From Oligoflexia bacterium (GTDB lineage: Bacteria; Bdellovibrionota; UBA1018): a DNA stretch of 64,000 bases. The position numbers and the translations under genes were made by a program. Numbering within the stretch: the first letter of the stretch is position 1; every line of letters begins with the position of its first letter. This document shows positions 56,875-64,000 of this stretch, one piece after another. The notes beneath the pieces are model-generated. The model was not told the origin of the DNA, did no database searches, and saw only the letters and a program-made list of their open reading frames with translations. The stretch covers positions 9,536 through 73,535 of the forward strand of contig JACMQW010000018.1 in the NCBI GenBank assembly GCA_014376785.1, given 5' to 3'.

Positions 56875-59099
56875 AGTCGTTGAACTTTAACTGACGCGAG
56901 TCCGCCGAAAGATTGATAGGTGCATGCCGCGCTCTCGCCGAGGTGCTGGTCAGCGCCGAAGTTTGGCGTGTAGAGGCAGCTCTCTCCTTCGTTGCAGAGT
57001 CCATCGTGATTTCCAGCGACAGATTTTAAGTCCTCCACTGCATTTAACAAGAAGGGCTGAGCATCGGTCAGTGAAGTGGCGTTCCGATCTCCGGCTAATT
57101 CTCTCGGGCAAACATCATTCGGACGGAAGGTGCCGTTCTCATCTTGAGCGTTTCCGCTCCGATTTCTGAGCACAAGTTCGGCGGACGGTAACGAGGGATG
57201 GCTCACTTGCCCAGTCGAAGGTGGACTCAGGTCACATTGAGCACTCGTTATTCCTAGAGCTCCCTGAGCAGGAATTCTGCACTCTCCGCTGGCGTTCTGT
57301 GTGGTCACGAGGTTGCCCACGACTTTTAACGAAGAAGCGGATGCGCTATCAGCTAGGAAAATTCCGTAACCAGAGTTGTGGCCGGCGACGAACTGGGAGA
57401 GCGTCGCGCCTTTTGATTCTCCGTCGAAGTGCATTCCGTCACCGTTGTTTTCAGTACTTAGAATCTGGTGATAAAGGGTTCCCGAATCGATCGCGGTCTG
57501 ATGAATCCCGTTCCCGCCATTTTTTCCAGATGTTACGAGTGAGAGAGTTTTCACCGCTCCTGCGATTTGAATTCCATCGCCTCCATTTCCAGACGTCGTG
57601 ACCCCGGAGATCACGGAATTCAAGGACGCTACCTTCAGTCCATGGCCATGGTTCAGTGAAGCCGTGATTTGGCGGTAGGTATTTCCGGCCGAGCTGGAGT
57701 TTTCCTCCGCGAATCCGTCCCCGTCTTTTCCACCCAGCTGGCCATTCGAGAGTGCGATGATTCCATCGAAGGTATTTCCGCTCATGTTCCCATCGGAAAT
57801 AATCCCGGTGTATAAATTTTCTGAAGCATTGAGGTTGCTGAATTGGTTCCCCGTCATGTTTCCACTGAGCACAATCCCGTAGCCCGACCGCGTGGCATGA
57901 ATCTCACTGAAGTGGGAATTCGTGGCATTCAGAACATAAAAGCCATAGGCAGAAATGTTTTTAGCGGAAATGTTTTCGAAGACCGCATTCGTAACCGATC
58001 CCGCAGCAAAGCCATAAGGACAGGCTTCGAAATAGAGGTCTCGGTAGTTCGCTCCGGTTGTGCCGATCGATGCGAACGCGGTGCTCGTAGAGTGATGAAA
58101 ATTCATGTGAGAGTAGCGTTGCTGACTCCCATTCGTACTCCTCATTCCGAAATAATGAGCATTCCCCGCATTGATGCGGTCCATGCTCGCGCCGATGCCG
58201 TAATTAGAAGTAAAGAGATGGTATTTCGAGTTCGTTAGATTGAGATTCTTCAATCGAAGGTAGCTCGAGTTAAAGGCTGCGATGGCATAGAGAGCTTGGT
58301 TATCGGCATCAATCGCGTAATCGGTGGTGCTGATTTCCCCATAGTTCCAATCTGAAGATCCTTCGATCGAGGTAAATACGCGGGAGTCTACCGCAATGAC
58401 CGCAGATTGGTTTGCCCCCGCGATGGCCATCGTGGAGCCGTTGAAATTTGTGAAAGCGGTTCCGGTGACTTTAATCCCTTTGGGGAAAATAAGAGAGATG
58501 TGATTTGCGCCGATGTGAAACCCATCACTCACGCCACTTTCCGTGATGACGTACAAAGCTCCTTCGGAATCGAGGTTATCGACACTTCCTTGGCTTGGGA
58601 TTTTTCCGATGATCCGGTTCAGCCACCAGGCACTCTCCGAGTTTTGACCGAGGTTTCTTCCAGATTGGAAGAGTTTCACCGAGTTTTTTAAAAAAGACGG
58701 AGGAGTGGCCGAGGAATCGATGAGGTCTGCCAAACTCTTGTTTGCGGCGAGGGATCCGACGATTCGAGGCGCTCCGTTTAAGATCTCACACTTCCAGTCA
58801 AACGCGCCCAACCGGTCCGTCATGGAAATTCCATCGCAGGAAGTGGCGATTCCCATCAGGTCGACCTTTCGCTTCTCACCTCCATGAACACAATCGGTTT
58901 CCGTTCCCACACAGAGACTCAGATCTCCGGACCGTACAAAATCATTCCAATTGGCCGCGTTTTCGTAGAGCGGTTTCACGCTCATTTCCTTCAAAGCTTC
59001 CGTTTGAGAGGCGCGGTCTAATGACCGAACTTCATTACTGCACCCACTCTGAATCACTAGCAACGCAGTACTGAGAGCTAAGCCGTGAATGGTTTTCAT
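56871..59099 (-). CDS. Surface lipoprotein with right-handed parallel beta-helix repeats (pectin-lyase fold)
   Basis: ATG at 59097-59099 with a GGAAGGTG RBS. MKTIHGLALSTALLVIQSGCSNE carries the lipobox QSGC. The central region is made of repeated NxxGxG-type beta-helix rungs (GNMTGNQFSNLNASEN..., SGNGGDGIQIAG..., GKNGGNGIHQ..., ENNGDGMHFDG..., HNSGYGIFL). Confidence 0.65.
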   Translation of the reverse strand: MKTIHGLALSTALLVIQSGCSNEVRSLDRASQTEALKEMSVKPLYENAANWNDFVRSGDLSLCVGTETDCVHGGEKRKVDLMGIATSCDGISMTDRLGAFDWKCEILNGAPRIVGSLAANKSLADLIDSSATPPSFLKNSVKLFQSGRNLGQNSESAWWLNRIIGKIPSQGSVDNLDSEGALYVITESGVSDGFHIGANHISLIFPKGIKVTGTAFTNFNGSTMAIAGANQSAVIAVDSRVFTSIEGSSDWNYGEISTTDYAIDADNQALYAIAAFNSSYLRLKNLNLTNSKYHLFTSNYGIGASMDRINAGNAHYFGMRSTNGSQQRYSHMNFHHSTSTAFASIGTTGANYRDLYFEACPYGFAAGSVTNAVFENISAKNISAYGFYVLNATNSHFSEIHATRSGYGIVLSGNMTGNQFSNLNASENLYTGIISDGNMSGNTFDGIIALSNGQLGGKDGDGFAEENSSSAGNTYRQITASLNHGHGLKVASLNSVISGVTTSGNGGDGIQIAGAVKTLSLVTSGKNGGNGIHQTAIDSGTLYHQILSTENNGDGMHFDGESKGATLSQFVAGHNSGYGIFLADSASASSLKVVGNLVTTQNASGECRIPAQGALGITSAQCDLSPPSTGQVSHPSLPSAELVLRNRSGNAQDENGTFRPNDVCPRELAGDRNATSLTDAQPFLLNAVEDLKSVAGNHDGLCNEGESCLYTPNFGADQHLGESAACTYQSFGGLASVKVQRL

Positions 59100-59208
59100 T
59101 TTAAATTCACCTTCCAATGATTAGAGTGCATCAGGTGTGCCTCTTAGGGCTCGAACCTGGTTGGTTTGGGCTCCGGAATGGTTGAATTGGCACCGGATTT
59201 GACTGGAC

Positions 59209-59985
59209 TCATGTGTCAGAAATTGCCGAATGATTCCAGACCGGGTCGGAAGAATTTTCCGCTAGGTAATCGAGAATTCGAAGGACTTCGATTTTAAGAG
59301 TATCGGCTGCGCGAGCGTAATTTCTTAGAAACTGGCTCGCCGTATCGTCAGGGTGATCGACAAGGTCGGTGACGCTTTTTACGAGCAAAAGCGGAGTGCC
59401 GAAAAAGTGGCAAGCCCAGCCGATCGCCGCCGCTTCCATTTCTTTCAAGGTTGCGCCTGATTGCTTCATGTAAACTCGATCATCATCCGAGTAATCAAGT
59501 GCGTCGCCTGAGGAGACGATTCCCTCAGATAATTTCAACGCATTTCTCAGTTCCGCAGAATTTGCGACCGGGTATTTTCCGAAGCCGTAATTCTGCATTG
59601 CGGGAATGCTGCTTCTTCGATGATGAAAGGCCACAAAACGAGTTCCTATAAAAACTTCTGAAATACGGTGGTGGAGAGAGTGAAAACCTCCGCACGTTCC
59701 AGCGTTCAATACCAGATCCGGCTGTAAATGAGTGATTCCGAGATAGGCCAGTAATCCGGCGGGCACACTACCAATCGAATCAAAGGAATGAACCGGATCA
59801 TTTCCAGGTAACCCAAATGTTATTTCTAAACCGCGGTGATTCGCTTGATAAAATTCGAAAGGAAGACCGGGGCACCAATCGGGTGCAATCCGAACAGCCA
59901 CTAAGGCTGATAGCAGAGGCTCTGCTTCGACTTTCATCGCCACCTGTAGAAAAATTTTTCGGGCTTCAGCCATGAGAGAGGGCAC
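59209..59985 (-). CDS. Nucleoside phosphorylase-I family protein (MTA/SAH nucleosidase or futalosine hydrolase-like)
   Basis: KIFLQVAMKVEAEPLL, NAGTCGGF and KEMEAAAIGWAC resemble the MtnN/PNP_UDP_1 motifs. 258 aa. Confidence 0.6.
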   Translation of the reverse strand: MPSLMAEARKIFLQVAMKVEAEPLLSALVAVRIAPDWCPGLPFEFYQANHRGLEITFGLPGNDPVHSFDSIGSVPAGLLAYLGITHLQPDLVLNAGTCGGFHSLHHRISEVFIGTRFVAFHHRRSSIPAMQNYGFGKYPVANSAELRNALKLSEGIVSSGDALDYSDDDRVYMKQSGATLKEMEAAAIGWACHFFGTPLLLVKSVTDLVDHPDDTASQFLRNYARAADTLKIEVLRILDYLAENSSDPVWNHSAISDT

Positions 59986-60170
59986 TACTCTTCGTTGGAA
60001 GAGGAGTCTGATCCTTTTTCTTTATGGGAAAATCGACCCCGGTTGGCGTCGTTGTCAGAGCCTTGTGGTCGTTTCTCTTTGAGCGCGCCACTCCGAATGC
60101 CTGACTCCGCAGCATCGCTCTCGTGAATTTTTGGATCCTCAGAAGTCGTTTCGGTTTTTTTTTCGTCCAT
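59985..60170 (-). CDS. Small acidic hydrophilic protein (hypothetical) between the FAH and nucleosidase genes
   Basis: 61 aa, highly charged and Ser/Asp/Glu-rich. It is supported only by operon position and end-to-end packing. Confidence 0.3.
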   Translation of the reverse strand: MDEKKTETTSEDPKIHESDAAESGIRSGALKEKRPQGSDNDANRGRFSHKEKGSDSSSNEE

Positions 60171-60178
60171 CTTGTACC

Positions 60179-60982
60179 TCAGTTTTGTTGGGTTTTATCA
60201 GTGGTGACTCGGGTCTCCCAAGTGAGAGAGGTTCCGAATGCATTCCAGGTTGTTTTCAGTCGGTTTCCGGGTTTCAGAGGCCCTACGCCAGAAGGAGTTC
60301 CGGTATAAATGATGTCTCCGCGATCCAAAGTGAAACGATGGGAAAGGTAGCTCACTAAAGTCGGAATGGAAAAAATCATCTCGCTTGTTTTTCCGCTTTG
60401 TCGATTCTGTCCATCTATGGCGAGCTCGAAAGTCAGTATGCCCCAGTCTTTTTCAGACGGCTTTTCGACTTCTATGAAGGGACTGAGTGCGGCAAATGTA
60501 TCGAGCCCTTTCGCTAGCGTCCAAGGGAGCTTCTTCTGCTTGAGTTGGTTTTGGAGATCGCGAGCGGTGACGTCTATTCCTACCGCCACGGCTTGCAATG
60601 CGCTCAGCACCTCCGTAGCGGATTCATTTTTAACCCGGCGTCCGATCGCTACGACGATTTCCAATTCGTAATGGACGTCCGATGAGTGCGGGGGGAGTAC
60701 GATGGGTTCATTCCCCAGGCAAAGTGCCGAAGTGGGTTTCGTGAATATCACGGGCTCGCTGGGGACTTCGTTTCCAAGTTCCTTTGCGTGTTCTCGGTAA
60801 TTTCGGCCGACACAAAAGATATTACGCACGGGGAAGGAAAGACCGACCGGAGTGCGAAAGGGAGAGTGCATCGGGCATTTATCTGCTGGGCTGATGAGCA
60901 TTGTCAATCCAGAGCTACGATCGCGTGCTTCCTCGTTGCTAAATGGACTGAACGCAAATAAACCTTTTGGCTCAGCCCCCAT
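60179..60982 (-). CDS. Fumarylacetoacetate hydrolase (FAH) family protein
   Basis: FCVGRNYREHAKELGNEVP, HYELEIVVAIG and IIYTGTPSGVGPL are present. The start could be one of several internal Met codons. Confidence 0.75.
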   Translation of the reverse strand: MGAEPKGLFAFSPFSNEEARDRSSGLTMLISPADKCPMHSPFRTPVGLSFPVRNIFCVGRNYREHAKELGNEVPSEPVIFTKPTSALCLGNEPIVLPPHSSDVHYELEIVVAIGRRVKNESATEVLSALQAVAVGIDVTARDLQNQLKQKKLPWTLAKGLDTFAALSPFIEVEKPSEKDWGILTFELAIDGQNRQSGKTSEMIFSIPTLVSYLSHRFTLDRGDIIYTGTPSGVGPLKPGNRLKTTWNAFGTSLTWETRVTTDKTQQN

Positions 60983-61000
60983 TCCCCAAAAGAGGAAAAA

Positions 61001-61534
61001 ATGATTAAAATGATCTCATGTTTTATTTTTCTACTTGGATTCAGTGCTCCGGCATTAGCGGGAACTCCGGATCAAGATCCTTCCGTCTATCTTGCTCAGC
61101 GAATGTATGAGCGCGCGATTTCTCCATCGGCTGAAAAACTATTTGCCGGTAAACGATGGATCTGTGGAAGTTTCAGTGCTTCCCCGGGGACGCTCTCTGG
61201 AACGAATGGTGCCGATCTCGGAACTTTTATTTTCGAAGCTAATGGTGAGGGTTTCACGAACCTGAATAAAGGTTACCCAAACTCGACCGTTTTTAATCGA
61301 ACGGGCCGCGATCTTCGTTCTCAGTATTCTTTTTCTCCAACCGCTCATGGTTCGATTTCCGTCCGTGAAATGAATGGGGCGTTGGTTGCGGAAGTGACCG
61401 CTCAACGGTCTCGCACGGATCAGGTTGCCGCGATCTCTGTGCCGACCGAAGTAGTCAGTCGTTACTACTACTGCACTCTTTACGATTCGATCTCGAGCGA
61501 GAACGCCGAGAGAGTTTACTCACGCCCTTTCTAA
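61001..61534 (+). CDS. Small secreted protein, paralog A
   Basis: MIKMISCFIFLLGFSAPALAGTPDQD is a signal peptide. 177 aa. Confidence 0.55.
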   Translation: MIKMISCFIFLLGFSAPALAGTPDQDPSVYLAQRMYERAISPSAEKLFAGKRWICGSFSASPGTLSGTNGADLGTFIFEANGEGFTNLNKGYPNSTVFNRTGRDLRSQYSFSPTAHGSISVREMNGALVAEVTAQRSRTDQVAAISVPTEVVSRYYYCTLYDSISSENAERVYSRPF

Positions 61535-61546
61535 GGAGAATCCGAC

Positions 61547-62032
61547 ATGATTAAATTAATGATTGCCCTTCTTTCACTCTCTGCATCTGCCGCTTTCGCA
61601 GGCACTCCGAACGAAGACTTCTTGGTCGACATGGCGCGAGAAGAATTCAAAATCGCTGGAAAAATCACGGACTCCGATTTGGCCGGTCGAGATTATCAAT
61701 GCGTTCAGTACGCCGCTCTGAATGGGGTTCTTCCTGAATACAACAAATGGACGCTCAAGCTCGAATTCAAATCCATGAGCACCATCTGGGAAAATGCGGG
61801 GAATGGCGGGTTCATCCATTTCCAAAAAGATGAAGCTGGATTCCATTCAACGGCAAAAGGCGTGAGCTACCAAATCGAGGGAAATGAATCGGTTTTCGGG
61901 CGCAAGATCGAAGACGGCCGCCTGGTGTTTGAGCACTCGGTTGCGCCTTCTCGCTACTACCGAGGCTATCCTTCGGTTTCACAACCGAAGCAGATTGCTC
62001 ACAACTATTGGATTTGTTTCGAAGTGCGCTAA
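61547..62032 (+). CDS. Small secreted protein, paralog B
   Basis: MIKLMIALLSLSASAAFAGTPNED is a signal peptide with the same AGTP(D/N)(Q/E)D cleavage context as the upstream gene. 161 aa. Confidence 0.55.
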   Translation: MIKLMIALLSLSASAAFAGTPNEDFLVDMAREEFKIAGKITDSDLAGRDYQCVQYAALNGVLPEYNKWTLKLEFKSMSTIWENAGNGGFIHFQKDEAGFHSTAKGVSYQIEGNESVFGRKIEDGRLVFEHSVAPSRYYRGYPSVSQPKQIAHNYWICFEVR

Positions 62033-62061
62033 GCGCATTAATCGAAATGGAGACCTTCTCC

Positions 62062-62101
62062 GAAGGGTCCTTTGGCTTCACGGCCGATGGACCCTTTTTT
62101 T
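62062..62101 (+). terminator. Rho-independent terminator after paralog B, overlapping the kdpE stop
   Basis: AAGGGTCC-(18-nt loop)-GGACCCTT is followed by TTTTTTTATT. Confidence 0.55.
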
Positions 62102-62789
62102 ATTCTTCAGCGAGTCGATAGCCGACGCCGGGTTCCGTTTGAATGAGTTCTTCAGGATGGATTTTAGATTTCAGTTTTTTCCGAAGCTGCCCGACATAAA
62201 CACGCAAATATTGGGTGTGTTCTACCGAGTTTGGTCCCCATATTTCCTTCAGGAGTGCGCGATGAGTGACCACTTTCCCGGCACTTTTAATCAGCACCTT
62301 CAGAATATCGTACTCAGTTGCGGTTAAGTGAACGAGGTTACCGTCTACTTTTACCGTATGGCCCGCGACATCGCAGTCGATGCCTCGTTTCCGGTAGTGG
62401 AGTCCAGTCACGCCCGATTCCGAGTGACGAAGCCCCACTCTAATTCGAGCGAGAAGTTCTGCGACACTGAAAGGTTTGGTCAGGTAGTCATCGGCGCCCT
62501 GATCGAGCGCCCGTACTTTGTCATCATCGCCTTCTCGCGCGGTGAGAATGAGAATGGGTGCTTTCAGCCATTCCCTGAGTTTCAGAAGGACTGCGTGTCC
62601 ATCCATATCGGGAAGGCCCAGATCGAGAATGACAATTTGGGGTCTAAACTCGATCGCCGCCTGCGCGCCCGCATTCCCCGAGGTTTCCCAGCGAGTGAGG
62701 TATTGATTCGCTTCCAAACTACTGATGAGAAACCGCGCAACCGATTCTTCATCTTCTATGACCAATACCCGTTTTTTTAGCTCCGTCAT
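62100..62789 (-). CDS. kdpE: KdpE-type OmpR-family response regulator
   Basis: VLVIEDEESVARFL...ILDLGLPDMDG is the receiver. The C-terminal winged helix has VHLTATEYDILKVLIKSAGKVVTHRALLKEIWG. The 4-bp overlap with the kdpD stop is typical. Confidence 0.75.
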   Translation of the reverse strand: MTELKKRVLVIEDEESVARFLISSLEANQYLTRWETSGNAGAQAAIEFRPQIVILDLGLPDMDGHAVLLKLREWLKAPILILTAREGDDDKVRALDQGADDYLTKPFSVAELLARIRVGLRHSESGVTGLHYRKRGIDCDVAGHTVKVDGNLVHLTATEYDILKVLIKSAGKVVTHRALLKEIWGPNSVEHTQYLRVYVGQLRKKLKSKIHPEELIQTEPGVGYRLAEE

Positions 62790-64000
62790 TCGAAGACCTC
62801 GCGTGGGACCTGTTGGATAGGGAGTATTCCGCTGAAGATCGATCCGGATCGGTCTGTTCGATTTGCAGCGAATATCGCTCCTCCGTGCGCTTCTAGGATG
62901 GCTTTCGAAATGGAAAGTCCCAGTCCCACGCCTCCTGGAGGACTTCCCGGAACTCGGTAGAAGCGCGAAAAGAGTTTTTCCAATTCATGTTCAGGAATGC
63001 CTGGGCCTTCGTCTTTTACAGAGAATTCAGCATAGGAGTGATTGCTTCTCGTGGAGATCGTAATGGTCGTTTTCTTAGGGGAATACTGGGCAGCGTTCGT
63101 AACGAGGTTCTGGAAAATATGTTCCAAGATCTTTTCATCGCCTTTTACGAACAGGTCCTCGTCGGTAAGCTCCAGTCGGAGAGAATGAGAAGAGAGTATT
63201 TTTGAAAGTCGGGAGTGAAGGGAGCGGATGAAATCGTTTAATTCAAAAACTTCATCGTTTAGTTTTAACACGCCACTCGCAATACGAGACATGTCCATTA
63301 AGTTTTCAACCGTCCGGTTCAGTCTCTCCGCAGAGTAAACCAGATCATCCAACAAGCTTTGGCGTAATTCGGGATTTTCAAGGGCATGCGGATCTTTCAA
63401 CGCTCCTGCCCCGCCAATAATAGCGGTGAGAGGAGTTCTGAGTTCGTGGGAAACAGTATTCAAAAGTGCCTGGTGGAGAATTTCAGACTTTTCATAAACT
63501 TCCGTTTTTCGAGAGGTCATTTCCAGTGCTTCCCTTTCGAGAGCCGTCGCAAGCTGTGCGGAAATGGTTTCGATCAAATTCTCCTGATCGATCGTCAAAG
63601 AGCGATCATTCGTAGGATAGAGTGCGATGATCCCCATGACTTTAGATCTTCCGCGGAGAGGCAGGCAAAGGCAGGGGGATGACGACAGTGTGTCCGTCTT
63701 CCATCCCGCTTTTTTTTCATTGGAACAAGCCCAGCTTGCGACTGCATAGTCTTTCTCAGCTAGAGTGCTTCCAACGGGATAGGAGGGTTCACGAATGAGC
63801 GTTTCATCGCTGTCGGTTCGGAGAATTTTCACTGCACAGGGAAAAGCAAATTCAATACTTTTTGCCCCGAGAGAATGGATATCGGCGTCGCTCTCGGTTT
63901 CGGCAAGTTCCCGTCCAAACTCATAAAGAAGATTTGCGCGCCGCTCGCGAACGCGAAGGTCTTTTTCTTGCCGTTTAATCCGTGAGGCAAGAAAGCCTGC
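62786..64000 (-). CDS. kdpD: Sensor histidine kinase KdpD, C-terminal GAF-HisKA-HATPase part (N-terminus beyond the window end)
   Basis: LLNTVSHELRTPLTAIIG is the H-box. NLVTNAAQYS is the N-box and GGVGLGLSISKAILEAHGG is the G2 box. The minus-strand reading frame continues (RANLLYEFGRELAETESDADIHSLGAKSIEFAFPCAV) to position 64000 without a stop, matching the KdpD GAF region. Confidence 0.8.
   Translation of the reverse strand, partial: AGFLASRIKRQEKDLRVRERRANLLYEFGRELAETESDADIHSLGAKSIEFAFPCAVKILRTDSDETLIREPSYPVGSTLAEKDYAVASWACSNEKKAGWKTDTLSSSPCLCLPLRGRSKVMGIIALYPTNDRSLTIDQENLIETISAQLATALEREALEMTSRKTEVYEKSEILHQALLNTVSHELRTPLTAIIGGAGALKDPHALENPELRQSLLDDLVYSAERLNRTVENLMDMSRIASGVLKLNDEVFELNDFIRSLHSRLSKILSSHSLRLELTDEDLFVKGDEKILEHIFQNLVTNAAQYSPKKTTITISTRSNHSYAEFSVKDEGPGIPEHELEKLFSRFYRVPGSPPGGVGLGLSISKAILEAHGGAIFAANRTDRSGSIFSGILPIQQVPREVFE

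Overview
This is a 64-kb chromosomal segment at roughly 50% GC. Two flagellin genes, an MCP and an unusually high density of secreted or lipoprotein hydrolases (aspartic, papain-like, HEXXH, M14 and M48 peptidases) suggest a Bdellovibrio-like (Bdellovibrionota) predator, but that taxon call is inference only. Housekeeping genes present are trmFO (partial), xerC, meaB, rnr, ubiB, the sucA-sucB-lpd operon, topA, gpx and kdpE-kdpD (kdpD runs off the window). A tRNA-Leu(CAG) gene lies in a decayed patch that also holds a 20-bp-armed inverted repeat, a promoterless beta-propeller gene fragment and a frameshifted, 5'-truncated IS4-family transposase remnant. Other decay signatures are a methionine aminopeptidase gene carrying an in-frame TGA plus a frameshift, an outer-membrane beta-barrel gene split by a 1-nt deletion in a G-run, and a hybrid sensor kinase reduced to disconnected motif fragments. 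Non-coding structures include a 121-bp element with perfect 33-bp terminal inverted repeats upstream of the second flagellin gene, a 9x tandem 15-nt repeat inside a lipoprotein gene, and several Rho-independent terminators. No CRISPR array, rRNA gene or canonical defence system was recognised. The most system-like candidates are two secreted-hydrolase modules (11362-14488 and 22874-25965), a tandem pair of paralogous small secreted proteins, and the inverted-repeat element family. All products are inferred from motifs read by eye and no database search was run.
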